Shown: piece after piece, positions 21,146-30,944 of the stretch
Numbering within the stretch: the stretch's first letter is position 1
Layout: the number at the start of each line of letters is the position of its first letter
Program-made: the position numbers and the translations under genes
Assembly: GCA_963667175.2 (NCBI GenBank)
Contig: CAXXXF010000015.1
Span: forward strand, 672,001 to 736,000
DNA length: 64,000 nucleotides
From: Candidatus Latescibacterota bacterium
GTDB lineage: Bacteria; Latescibacterota; UBA2968; GCA-2709665
Direction of reading: 5' to 3'
Notes under the pieces: model-generated
What the model was told of the DNA's origin: nothing
What the model saw: the letters and a program-made list of their open reading frames with translations, nothing else
Databases searched by the model: none

Positions 21146-24100
21146 TCAAAACGACATGCCGAGCTGGAGGTGGGGGACGGCGCCTTTGGGTTCGGTGAAG
21201 CCGTATGCCGCGCCGATGCGGAAGCGGAACGGCACAAAGAGCATGCCGGCGGAGTACACGATCTCGGCGCCGGCGGCCAGGAGCGGCTGCGGCCTGGCTG
21301 ACTGGGAGTCATTGCGGCCCCATGCGTTTCCGGCATCGGCGAAGAGCGTGAGAAACGCGCGGTCGAAGTGCAGCAGGTCCGTCCGAAAGGCGCGGTTCGC
21401 CAGGGTAGCCGGCAGGCGGAGTTCGAGCGACGCAGTCCAGGCGCGCCATCCCGAGCGGGGGGTCCCTTCGTATCCCCGAACAGGAAACACGCGTCGGCCC
21501 GAGCCGCCAATGCTGAAATGCCCCCTGCCGCTGCCCGGCCCGCGCGCGATGCCCGCGCTTGCCCGGAGCGCCAGCACCGGCGCCGCGAATCCGCCTCCTG
21601 GCAGCATCATGTATGCCCTGACGTCGCCGGTCGCGTCGTCCAGCGACCGGTCATCCGATGAACCCCGGTCCAGGTCGATGCGCCGCCTGGCCAGGACGGA
21701 GAGTGACGCGCCCGCCGCCTGCCCGATTTGAAACGCGTGGGACCGGGCGGTCGAGGCGCGGAAGCGGGCTGCCACTTCGCCCAGCGTGCTGCTGGGGGTC
21801 TCGAATTCAGGCAGTTCCTCTGGCTTGAGCGTGGAATCCAGCGCCTCCCGGCGCTCTCTCAGAAGTCCGCCCGTGAGCGAGAATGAAAGCTTGCTCCACG
21901 CCCTGGGACGCGCTACTCCCACTGAGAGTCCCGCATAGCGTGTCCGTTCGAGAACATACGTGGTGTCGACCGGTGCGTCGCCGTTCTCCTTCCTCACCCT
22001 GACGCGTTCCTCGTCCCAGTTCTGCGACACGGACAGTCCCAGCGCGGGATTGCCGAGCCCGGCATACCGGTACGTCAGAAAACCCGCCGCTCTGCCGCCC
22101 GAATATCCTCCAGTCGGGAGAAAGGCGCGCGCAGTCAGGGCATACGTATGTCGTCCCACGAGGTCCACCCCGGAGGTAAAGGCGCCAACGGAGGCGCCGA
22201 GGACCTTTGTACGTGGCGTTGTCCCGCTCCCCGCGCCCGAGAAGGAAACCGACCCGATGGGTATCCAATAGCGCGGCAGCAGGGTCTGCAGTGGCGAATA
22301 TGCGCGTATTTGACCGCCGGCAGGGGCCCGGGAGTCACTCTCTCTGGCTGCGACCTCACGAGCGGTTCTGCCCGCGGCCGTGTCTGTCGAATCGTGAAGG
22401 TGTTCAGGCGCCAGGGGGGCGTGGTCCGGATTGAACGGAATGCGTTCGACCTCCCATCCGTCCACGTGGTACCCGGAGACATAGAGCCACTTCCCCGACG
22501 GATCCACGCTCGGCATGGCGGCGCCCGTACGGACGTTCGTGAGCATGACCGGCGTTGCGGCCTTCGCGCCTTCGAAACGCGCCGCGAGGACGTTCAGAAT
22601 GCCGGTCCGGTCGGACGCCCACACCAGCCACCGCCCGTCGGGGCTCCATGCGGGCGCGAAATCCAGCGCGCGGTCCCGGGTGACCTGGCTCACGAGGCCG
22701 CCGCGTTCGTCGAGGACGACAACGTCCTGATTCCCGCCCGCCCAGCGGGACGCGGCAATCCGCCGGCCGTCGGGTGAGACCGCGGGCAATGCCCAGTAGA
22801 CGCCGTCTTCCGGGTGAACCAGCGTATCGATGGCGCCGCTATTGATATTGACGCGGACCAGGCCGTTCGTCCCCTCTCCTTCGGCAACGGCGACAACACG
22901 GTTTCCCGGGCCGGCCGACGGGGCGCTCAGGCGGGCGGCGGTGGTCAATCGTTGCACCGCGCCGTCCGGAGTCACCCGGTAGAGATCTCTGAACCGCCGG
23001 TACCGCCCGGAGAATTCCAGCTGGTCGACGACAATGTCGCCGTTCGGCGCGAACGTGAACCGGCGTCCGCGGATCCGCGCGAACGTCGATTCGCCGCCGC
23101 CGTTCGGGCTTGCCGAAACGAGCCTGGTATCGGATCGGCCATCGGAGCGGATGTAGATCAGGGTCGAACCATCCGGCGACACCTTCGGATGGTCCGCATA
23201 GCGGGCGCCATCGGTAAGTCTTTCAGCTTCGGTGATCGCGCCGAATCCGGCGAGCCGGGCGCCCAGCACCGCCACAGAGTCCCGCCACGCGTCCGCCCAC
23301 GCGGCCCATTCGTCCGACAGGCTGACGCCGAAGGCGCTTCTTCCTGCCGCGTTCAGCCGATAGGGTATCCACTGGTTCTCCACGGCCTCGACAAAGGCCG
23401 CCATCCGGTCCCGCCCGTGCTTCCGCAGGAGGTATTCGAAGAACATCGGCCCGTACGTGTACGCGCGGTTTCCGCCAGGCCATTGCGGCGAGGAACCTCC
23501 CGCCTGGCCGATGGACTCGAAACGGCCTTCCAGCGCTGCCGTCCGCAGCACCATGTCGTTGAAGGTTCCCAGCACGCGGCCCCTGCCCGTGAGTGCGGAT
23601 TCGTACCACGTCCCGATGCCTTCGATGACCCACCGAGGCGTCGTGAAGGCAGGAAAACCGAAAACCGGAAACGGAATCCGGCCGAAGAGTCCCCGAACGC
23701 TGTAACGGCCCGGCCGGTCGAGGTGAAAAATGTGCGTCAGTTCGTGCACGATCAATAGTTGCTGCCAGTCGTCGAAATAGCCGAGCGGGAAACTGTCGAC
23801 GGGCGGACGCGCGAACAGGACAATGCGGTTCGAAGGGAATGGGGTCGCGTACCCGTTGGAGACGTCGGTATGATCGGTGAGGACGACGTCGATCGGTCCT
23901 TTCGGCCCATGGACGAAATGTTCGGACAGCCGCGCGTAAGCCCACTCCGCCTGCCCGCCCGCCCGGCGGGCAAGCGACTCGAGATGCCCGGGGAAGGTAA
24001 CGCGGAAGTGTTCCGTTTCGAGAGTGCGCCAGGGTTCGTCCGGCGGGACAGGCTGCGCCACAGCCGGCGTTGCGCAATAGGCGATGAACGCCAGCAGGAC

Positions 24101-24160
24101 CGGCAGCGTCCGCCGGACACGGGAAGCCGGACTGCGTGACGTGAAGAGAGAGGGTTTCAA
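21146..24160 (-). CDS. Outer-membrane protein: signal peptide, HExxH peptidase-like domain, PD40/TolB-like propeller, Omp85/BamA-like barrel
   Basis: Signal peptide, VHELTHIFH and PRWVIEG, repeated SPDG motifs, VRGY, C-terminal Phe. Confidence 0.75.
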   Translation of the reverse strand: MKPSLFTSRSPASRVRRTLPVLLAFIAYCATPAVAQPVPPDEPWRTLETEHFRVTFPGHLESLARRAGGQAEWAYARLSEHFVHGPKGPIDVVLTDHTDVSNGYATPFPSNRIVLFARPPVDSFPLGYFDDWQQLLIVHELTHIFHLDRPGRYSVRGLFGRIPFPVFGFPAFTTPRWVIEGIGTWYESALTGRGRVLGTFNDMVLRTAALEGRFESIGQAGGSSPQWPGGNRAYTYGPMFFEYLLRKHGRDRMAAFVEAVENQWIPYRLNAAGRSAFGVSLSDEWAAWADAWRDSVAVLGARLAGFGAITEAERLTDGARYADHPKVSPDGSTLIYIRSDGRSDTRLVSASPNGGGESTFARIRGRRFTFAPNGDIVVDQLEFSGRYRRFRDLYRVTPDGAVQRLTTAARLSAPSAGPGNRVVAVAEGEGTNGLVRVNINSGAIDTLVHPEDGVYWALPAVSPDGRRIAASRWAGGNQDVVVLDERGGLVSQVTRDRALDFAPAWSPDGRWLVWASDRTGILNVLAARFEGAKAATPVMLTNVRTGAAMPSVDPSGKWLYVSGYHVDGWEVERIPFNPDHAPLAPEHLHDSTDTAAGRTAREVAARESDSRAPAGGQIRAYSPLQTLLPRYWIPIGSVSFSGAGSGTTPRTKVLGASVGAFTSGVDLVGRHTYALTARAFLPTGGYSGGRAAGFLTYRYAGLGNPALGLSVSQNWDEERVRVRKENGDAPVDTTYVLERTRYAGLSVGVARPRAWSKLSFSLTGGLLRERREALDSTLKPEELPEFETPSSTLGEVAARFRASTARSHAFQIGQAAGASLSVLARRRIDLDRGSSDDRSLDDATGDVRAYMMLPGGGFAAPVLALRASAGIARGPGSGRGHFSIGGSGRRVFPVRGYEGTPRSGWRAWTASLELRLPATLANRAFRTDLLHFDRAFLTLFADAGNAWGRNDSQSARPQPLLAAGAEIVYSAGMLFVPFRFRIGAAYGFTEPKGAVPHLQLGMSF

Positions 24161-24161
24161 A

Positions 24162-25436
24162 TCAGTTTCCGAAATCCCGGGTTTCCGACGTCGACGCCTC
24201 CTCCTCGGGCCTGGCGTCGTGGAGGGCGCCGAAACGTCTCAATCCGGGCACACCGGCCGCGGCGCCGAGGACCACCAGGAGAGTCCCGATGCCGCCGCTG
24301 ACCACCGAGATAACCGGTCCGAACCTGTGGGCGACAAGGCCCGATTCCAGGCCGCCGAGTTCATTGGAAGCGCCGATAAAGACGTAGTTTACGGCCAGCA
24401 CGCGGCCGCGCATCCGGTTGGTCGTGAGCAACTGGACGAGCGTGTGCCGGACGACCATGCTGACGTTGTCGAAGGCGCCGGTGAGGAAGAGCATCGCCAG
24501 CGAGAGCCAGAACGATCGGGAACAGCCGAAGACGATGGTGGCCGCCCCGAAGCCCGCCACGGCCGCCAGGAGGTTCCTGCCCGCGCGCCGCATGGGAGGC
24601 AGGTAGGCCAGGAGGATGGCCATGCAGAAGGCGCCGACGCCGGGGGCGGCCCGAAGCCAGCCGAAGCCCTGTGGGCCGACGCGAAGGATATCCTCCGCAT
24701 AGATCGGCAGCAGGTAGACGGCGCCGCCCAGCAGCACGGCGAACATATCCAGCGCCATCAGGGAAAGGATCAGGCGGGTTCGCCAGACGTAGCGGATGCC
24801 CGCCAGCAGGGTTGTGAGCGAAGGGGCTTCCGCACGTTCGGGCTCCGCGCGGAAGGCCACGCGGGTAAGCAGAACGACGAAGACGAGGGTGCTCGCCGCA
24901 CTGAGCGCGTAGGCGGCGGGAACGCTGAACATCACGACAAAACCGCCGAGGGCCGGGCCGACCACCCAGGCCATCTGCATCAGGCTCGTGTTCCACGTCA
25001 CGGCGATCGGAAAGATCTCGCGCGGGACGAGCAGGGGTACCAGGGCGGTCCTGGCGGGGCGTCCCAGACACGTCGCCGTCGCATCCAGCGCAAGCAACGC
25101 GTACATCAGGAAGATCGGCCCCTTCCCGATGGAGAGCGCCAGGAGCGCCAGCGACGTCAGGGTCGTGCCCAGCATGCTGAAGATGACCACCCGGCGGCGG
25201 TCGAATCTGTCCGCCAGGTAGCCCGCGGGCAGGGCCAGGAGGATGGCGGGCAGGGCCTGCGCGAGCCCGACCAGGCCCAGGGAGAGCGCCTGTCCGGTGC
25301 GCTGGTAAATCTCCCATCCGATGGCGATGCTCTGGATCTGGTTCCCCACGATGGCGAAGAACCAGCCGAGGATGTAACGCCGGTAGTTGGCAATGCGGAA
25401 GGCCGCGTAGGGATCGTGCTTCCCGGATACAGGGAT
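24162..25436 (-). CDS. MFS transporter (MFS_3-like); start uncertain (ATC 25436 or GTG 25349)
   Basis: GYLADRFDRRR motif A, multiple TM segments, MRGRV, GASNELG; frame stays open upstream through HDPYAAFRIANYRRY. Confidence 0.88.
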   Translation of the reverse strand: MPVSGKHDPYAAFRIANYRRYILGWFFAIVGNQIQSIAIGWEIYQRTGQALSLGLVGLAQALPAILLALPAGYLADRFDRRRVVIFSMLGTTLTSLALLALSIGKGPIFLMYALLALDATATCLGRPARTALVPLLVPREIFPIAVTWNTSLMQMAWVVGPALGGFVVMFSVPAAYALSAASTLVFVVLLTRVAFRAEPERAEAPSLTTLLAGIRYVWRTRLILSLMALDMFAVLLGGAVYLLPIYAEDILRVGPQGFGWLRAAPGVGAFCMAILLAYLPPMRRAGRNLLAAVAGFGAATIVFGCSRSFWLSLAMLFLTGAFDNVSMVVRHTLVQLLTTNRMRGRVLAVNYVFIGASNELGGLESGLVAHRFGPVISVVSGGIGTLLVVLGAAAGVPGLRRFGALHDARPEEEASTSETRDFGN

Positions 25437-25439
25437 CGC

Positions 25440-26885
25440 CTATTTCTCCCGGTTCTTGACAGCGTCGCGGATTTCGCGGATGCCGCCTTCCAGCCTGTCC
25501 AGGCGTTCATTGGCGCTGTTCATCTCTTCCTGAATCTTTGCGACCATACCGGCCTGTTCTTCAAGTTCCTCCGTCTGAATGGCTTCTTCTTCCTTGACGA
25601 GGATGCTCGTCAGCGTTGCCGTGAAGACGCCCACCAGAACCATTCCCGTAATCACCAGAAAAACGGTGAGGATTCTCCCGGTCGCAGTCGCGGGGTTGTG
25701 GATGTCGGCATAGCCGCCGGTGACAAGCGTGGTAAAGCTCCACCAGAGGCTTTCCCAGAATCCGGAACCGGCCTCCATGTGTTCCAGAAACATGAAGACG
25801 CATGCGCCGAAAACCAGCGACATGAGGCCGTAGAGAAGCGACCGTTTGAGAAGCCGCACGTCCAGCGAGGTGCTGAGGTGGTCCATGCCCCGCCAGAAGA
25901 ACAGTCCGATGCGAATCAACCGCAGCGCCCGCAGAATCCGCACGGCCCGCAAGAGTCGCCCGATTCGCACGATGCCGACGTCTCCGGAGGCGGCAATGAC
26001 CTGCACCGGCGGCAGTGGGATCGAAGTGATAAAGTCGATCCAGTTGTGCTTCCAGTACCACGTTTTTGATGCGGCAAGCCTGTGTTCGAAGACGAAGTTG
26101 GCCATGAACAGGGTGCAGCACACAACATCGATGATCCAGAAGATCCACAGCGTGCCAACCGAGAAGTGGGGGTGGACCTCGACGATCGGGTTCTTGTACT
26201 TTTCACCGCCGTCGATAACGTCCACGCCTGTCAGTCGTCCTTCGGTCACGTGGCCGAAAACGAGTGCGCCGGCGCCCGACGTATCCAAAATGTGTATGTT
26301 CACCCGCTCATATCCGGCGCCCGCTTTCGTGATCACGATCTTGCTGATCTTACCCTCTTCCACTTCCGCCGTTGCCGCCGCGCCGCCGCCGTTGGCGCCG
26401 ATGCCCAGCAGGTCCACGACAAGGATCGAGATCAGAAACAGAATGAGAAAGAAGATGGCGACGTCCTTCACGTAAACGCTCCGGACACTGCCCAATACGC
26501 TGGCTTGCCTGTCCAACAGGTGTTTCTTCTGGAAGGCCTGTTCGATGACCCGGGCCTTGTCCGCCAGTTCCTGTTTTTCCTCGTTCAACGTTGAAATCCG
26601 CGAATCGGCCGCGTCCAGGTCCAGTTCGTAGCGGCCGTGCCTCTTGCTCAGGGCCACCGTGTCCGCGTTCTCTGCCATACGGCCGATTTTCTCCTCTTCC
26701 TCGGCCAGTCGACAATCAATCTTCTCGATCTCCCCCGCGACCAGGTCTCTCATCGTCCTGATGCGGTCCAGGGAACAGGATTCGATACGCTTTAGATTTG
26801 ACATCGCGACGCCTGTAATCTCCGGTTCAGGTTGTCTTTGAAAAGATGGCAATAATGATGCTGTGTCGGCCCCTTTCGACTTCAC
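25440..26885 (-). CDS. Voltage-gated ion channel-like protein (Ion_trans); probable start ATG 26804
   Basis: NWIDFITSIP (S3), RIGRLLRAVRILRALRLIR (S4), SLWWSFTTLVTGGYADI pore, GRIL...S6, coiled-coil termini. Confidence 0.85.
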   Translation of the reverse strand: MKSKGADTASLLPSFQRQPEPEITGVAMSNLKRIESCSLDRIRTMRDLVAGEIEKIDCRLAEEEEKIGRMAENADTVALSKRHGRYELDLDAADSRISTLNEEKQELADKARVIEQAFQKKHLLDRQASVLGSVRSVYVKDVAIFFLILFLISILVVDLLGIGANGGGAAATAEVEEGKISKIVITKAGAGYERVNIHILDTSGAGALVFGHVTEGRLTGVDVIDGGEKYKNPIVEVHPHFSVGTLWIFWIIDVVCCTLFMANFVFEHRLAASKTWYWKHNWIDFITSIPLPPVQVIAASGDVGIVRIGRLLRAVRILRALRLIRIGLFFWRGMDHLSTSLDVRLLKRSLLYGLMSLVFGACVFMFLEHMEAGSGFWESLWWSFTTLVTGGYADIHNPATATGRILTVFLVITGMVLVGVFTATLTSILVKEEEAIQTEELEEQAGMVAKIQEEMNSANERLDRLEGGIREIRDAVKNREK

Positions 26886-26909
26886 CGGCTTCCGCGGATG
26901 TATCGAAGG

Positions 26910-26937
26910 GAAGGGCAGGTTTGAAACCTGCCCCTAC
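26910..26937. repeat. GTAG-family REP palindrome (copy 1)
   Basis: gggcaggtttgaaacctgcccctac; near-identical copies at 44696 and 58162. Confidence 0.8.
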
Positions 26938-27003
26938 GGCAGGAATCCCGGATCGGTTGCGTCAGGTCGAAAGCGTGCGCGTAGACGCTGGCGTCGACAA
27001 CGA

Positions 27004-27216
27004 TCATGTGCTGGATATACCCTTACTCCGGGACTTCTCGATGACTGCCAGGTGCTCATGCCATTCAGGTTCCTCTGCGGGACCATTCAACTCGTCGCAG
27101 GCGCGGAAGAACGCCTCGACGTCCGCCGGCGTCCGGAAGGGCCGGCTCCCCTGCTGCTGCTCCAGCCGTCGCCGGGCTGCGGTTCTATTCCGCGTGTTCA
27201 TGATCTTTCCCCTCAT
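27004..27216 (-). CDS. Small hypothetical protein (possible truncated antitoxin-like fragment)
   Basis: C-terminal part of ORF 27004..27345; no recognisable catalytic motif. Confidence 0.35.
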   Translation of the reverse strand: MRGKIMNTRNRTAARRRLEQQQGSRPFRTPADVEAFFRACDELNGPAEEPEWHEHLAVIEKSRSKGISST

Positions 27217-27274
27217 CGTCTCCGGAAAACGAGATAGCCACAAGTTATTTGCGTTTGCGAAAAAAGCAGGCTTC

Positions 27275-27306
27275 TTATTAGCGGAATCGATCCAAATCGA
27301 TAATAA
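27275..27306. repeat. 32-bp direct repeat, left copy
   Basis: ttattagcggaatcgatccaaatcgataataa, identical at 57233-57264, with ~30 bp further similarity to the left. Confidence 0.85.
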
Positions 27307-27407
27307 TGTTGTGGGATCCGCCGACTTTCGAGTCGGGGCGATCATTGCCCAATGCAGTCTGGCGAAGTCGGCCGGCTGTGCGTTTCATTCGCTGCAAACT
27401 TCAGAGA

Positions 27408-30400
27408 TTACTCCGAATCCGAACCGCCGAAGCGGGTCCGGATATATTCCCGGGTACTTTCTGCCGAGAGCTTAACGGTTCCCGGGCCGCTGCGAATGAA
27501 AAAGTCGCCGCCGTCTTCCTTTTCAAGATCCTTCCACGAGAGGAACACCGGTTCCGGGCTCCGCTGGCAACTCACCACGCAGACTTCCTTGCCGTCGACA
27601 ATCTGTACTTCCGGATCGATGCAGGCGCCGGCGCGATCGCCGAGACCGTTTCGCACAACCTGTGCGAGATGGAGCATGAACTTGTCTCGCGTGTCGAGCC
27701 GGTCACGTTCTATGCCAACGGCCGTACCGTCGTCGGCAACGCCGATCAGCAGGTCTCCGCCCTCCGTGTTGAGGAAGGCAGCGATCGTCTTGATCGCCGC
27801 GTGGGTGACGCGTTTGTCGTCTTTCCGGTCTTCTTTCAGGTTCCAGCGCAGCGTGGACTTGAACTCCAGGGTCTTCGACTCGCCCTGTTTGATGAGGTCC
27901 TCGGCGCTACGGTGGGTGCGGACGTATTGATCGAACAGAATGTCCTTGATAACCTCGCCAAAAGCACGGTCATCGGTGATGCGCTTGTACAGATCGAAGT
28001 TGGAATCTACGATCTCCTGGATAACCTCCTCAACCTTGTGATCGAAGGTCAATCGGACGTTCTCGCGGGTATTCAAGCGCGCGGCGGCGCCAAGCGCCGC
28101 GTCGTCCGAGAGCCTGTCCATCATCTGACCGAGCGTGGCGCGGTGCTCCGGTCCCAGTTCGGCCCCGAAGCGTTCGTTCAGTTCGGCGATGATCCGCGAC
28201 AGGGTCTCCATTTCTTCTTCCTGTAACCCGTGTGTGTCCTTTGTGCCGACAGGCTCGAGATTCGTTGTCCCTTGATGGAGATTGATTCGGCCTTTACGGG
28301 TTTCCTGGATTCGGTACGACTCCATGTCGATGTTCTGCTGAACCTCAAGCGGCAGCACGGCCCGGACCATTGGCAACAGGCGGCGCAAGTGTCTCGAAAA
28401 GACGTACAGCTTCTCCAGATCAACGTCGTTGAACGGCAATATCTGCGCGAGAAACGCGTAGAGCCGCACATAGTCGACGAGCCGGCCCCGGAAGTCCATT
28501 TTTTCGGGTTCATCCAGGTCCGAAAAACGGTCGACAACGGGCTTGAGCACGGCATGAAGCCGGTCCTGTTTCGCGTTGCTGTCGAAGAAGACTCTGGCGA
28601 ATTCGTCCACGTCGCCCTGATCGTATACCGGATAGTCGGCCAGGCGAGTCTGGATCTCGTAGAGCAGGTTGGGATCGGTCGCCTCCGACAGCAGGGTCGT
28701 TTCGAAATAGGGCATGAAGGACTCTTTAATGTCATCGGCATCGTTGGCGAAATCGAGCACCATTGTGCCGTCTTTACCCGGTTCTGTGCGGTTAATCCGG
28801 GAAAGCGTCTGCACCGCGTTCACGCCGCCCAGTTTCTTGTCGACGTACATGGTGTGCAGAAGCGGCTGGTCGAAACCGGTCTGGAATTTGTTCGCACAGA
28901 TCAGGAATCGATATTCCGGCGCCTTGAACGTCCTGGCGGTCTGCGCCTCGGAAACGCCGTTCATGCCCGGCTCGGTATAAGACTGACCGCCGTCCTCGAC
29001 GGCGCCGGAGAACGCAACCAGCGCTTTAAACGGGTACCCCAGCTCGGTGAGATAATTCTCCACTGCGAGTTTGAACCGCACGGCGTGCAATCGGGAGCGG
29101 GTGACGATCATCGCCTTCGCCTTGCCGTGGATCCGGCTTTGCGCGTGGTCGGCGAAGTGGTCGACCATGATTCGGACCTTCTGTTCAATGGCATGCGGGT
29201 GCAGATCGACAAATGATTTGAGCAGATACGTCGCCTTCTGCCTGTCGTAGCGAGGATCGTCTTCTACCGTCTTCAACAGCCGCCAATACGATCTGTACGT
29301 GGTGTAGTTCTCCAGGACGTCGAGGATGAACCCCTCTTCGATCGCCTGGCGCATGCTGTACAGATGAAACGGTTCGAACGATCCGTCCGGACGGCGTGTG
29401 CCGAACAGCTCCAGCGTCCTGGATTTCGGGGTCGCGGTGAAGGCAAAGGTCGATAGATTGGGCAGGTACCCGCGCTTCTCCATTTCCTCAAGGATCGCGT
29501 TTTCAAGTTCCTCTTCCGGTGTTTCGGCTCCTGATTCCTCATCCTCCGCCTCCTTGAGAGAATCGGAAGCCAGTACCGCCTTCAGGCTCTTCGTACTCTC
29601 CCCCGACTGCGACGAATGCGCTTCGTCGACAATCAGGGCGAACCGCTTGCCGGGCAACTGACCGATTTCCTCAGCGATCACCGGAAATTTCTGCAACGTG
29701 GTGACGATGATTGTCTTCCCGGATTCAAGCGCCTCTTTGAGCTGGCGCGAGGTCGTATCGATGTTTTCCACAACCCCCAGGGTCTGCTCGAACTGGCGCA
29801 TTGCGGCCTGGAGGGCGCGGTCGAGCACGCGCCGGTCCGTGATCACCACAATCGAATCGAAAGCGCGCCGGTCTTCCACGTCGTGCAACGTGGACAGCTG
29901 GTGGGCGAGCCAGGCGATGGTGAACGTCTTGCCGCTTCCGGCCGAGTGCTGGATGAGATAGCGCTGTCCGGCGCCCGCCCGTCGAGCATGAGAAATGAGC
30001 TTACGCACACAATCGAGTTGCTGGTAGCGCGGGAAGATCAGCGACTTTCTGCCGGTCTTGCGGCCGTTCTCGTCTTCCTCCTCGACTTCGTGGATGAACT
30101 GACGCACCAGGTCCAGCACGCTGTCCCGCGACCAGGTCTCCTCCCAGAGGTACGACGTGGCATAGCCGGATTGCGTGGGCGGCACGGGTGGGTTGCCCGC
30201 TCCGCCGTTGTTGCCCTGGTTAAACGGAAGAAAGCGTGTCTTTGCGCCGGCAAGTCGGGTGGTTACGTAGACGAGTTCCGGATCGACCGCGAAATGCGCC
30301 AGGCAGCGGCCATAGCCCAACAGCGGCTCCCCGCGGGGGTCGCGGTCCGTCTTGTACTGGCGGATTGCGTCCTCGACGGATTGACCGCTGAGCAGGTTTT

Positions 30401-30944
30401 TGAGTTCGGCGGTGAAAATGGGGATGCCGTTCAGGAACAGGACCAGATCCAGGCTCTTCTCATTCTTCGCGCTGTAACGTATCTGGCGGACAACCGTGAA
30501 AAAGTTGGCCATATACAGTTGGCGCGTCTCCTCGTTGAGCCCGCTGGCCGGCCGGAAGTATGCCAGTCGGAACGTGCAGCCCATATCCTTGATGCCGTTC
30601 CGAAGGACGTGGAGAACGCCGCGGCGGTCGATTTCCGACGCCAGGCGTCTGAGAAAGCGATCTCTGACTTCGGCGCCGTAGTGATGGGACAGCTTCTTCC
30701 ATTCCTTCGGCTGAGTTGCGATAATGAAATTGAGAACGTCTCTGGGCAGAAGGCAGAGTGTGCGGTCGTAGTCCTCTGGCTTTCCCTTGAAGTAGCCGCC
30801 GGGTTCCATTCCCTGGCCGCCGATAGGCAACCGGCCTTCACGCACACCGGATGGAAAACCTCCTGACCCATCCTTACCGTGGCCGAGCAATGTCGCCTCA
30901 ATGGCGTCTTCGAACGCTTTTTCAGAAACAACGGGACTCATCAT
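27408..30944 (-). CDS. hsdR: Type I restriction endonuclease subunit R with C-terminal Schlafen/AlbA_2 domain
   Basis: DLVLFLNGIPIFTAELK nuclease, HSAGSGKT, IVDEAH, FTATP, KFQTGFDQP, QTLSRINR; C-terminal GESKTLEFKS...AFLNTEGG.LLIGVADDG. Confidence 0.93.
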   Translation of the reverse strand: MMSPVVSEKAFEDAIEATLLGHGKDGSGGFPSGVREGRLPIGGQGMEPGGYFKGKPEDYDRTLCLLPRDVLNFIIATQPKEWKKLSHHYGAEVRDRFLRRLASEIDRRGVLHVLRNGIKDMGCTFRLAYFRPASGLNEETRQLYMANFFTVVRQIRYSAKNEKSLDLVLFLNGIPIFTAELKNLLSGQSVEDAIRQYKTDRDPRGEPLLGYGRCLAHFAVDPELVYVTTRLAGAKTRFLPFNQGNNGGAGNPPVPPTQSGYATSYLWEETWSRDSVLDLVRQFIHEVEEEDENGRKTGRKSLIFPRYQQLDCVRKLISHARRAGAGQRYLIQHSAGSGKTFTIAWLAHQLSTLHDVEDRRAFDSIVVITDRRVLDRALQAAMRQFEQTLGVVENIDTTSRQLKEALESGKTIIVTTLQKFPVIAEEIGQLPGKRFALIVDEAHSSQSGESTKSLKAVLASDSLKEAEDEESGAETPEEELENAILEEMEKRGYLPNLSTFAFTATPKSRTLELFGTRRPDGSFEPFHLYSMRQAIEEGFILDVLENYTTYRSYWRLLKTVEDDPRYDRQKATYLLKSFVDLHPHAIEQKVRIMVDHFADHAQSRIHGKAKAMIVTRSRLHAVRFKLAVENYLTELGYPFKALVAFSGAVEDGGQSYTEPGMNGVSEAQTARTFKAPEYRFLICANKFQTGFDQPLLHTMYVDKKLGGVNAVQTLSRINRTEPGKDGTMVLDFANDADDIKESFMPYFETTLLSEATDPNLLYEIQTRLADYPVYDQGDVDEFARVFFDSNAKQDRLHAVLKPVVDRFSDLDEPEKMDFRGRLVDYVRLYAFLAQILPFNDVDLEKLYVFSRHLRRLLPMVRAVLPLEVQQNIDMESYRIQETRKGRINLHQGTTNLEPVGTKDTHGLQEEEMETLSRIIAELNERFGAELGPEHRATLGQMMDRLSDDAALGAAARLNTRENVRLTFDHKVEEVIQEIVDSNFDLYKRITDDRAFGEVIKDILFDQYVRTHRSAEDLIKQGESKTLEFKSTLRWNLKEDRKDDKRVTHAAIKTIAAFLNTEGGDLLIGVADDGTAVGIERDRLDTRDKFMLHLAQVVRNGLGDRAGACIDPEVQIVDGKEVCVVSCQRSPEPVFLSWKDLEKEDGGDFFIRSGPGTVKLSAESTREYIRTRFGGSDSE

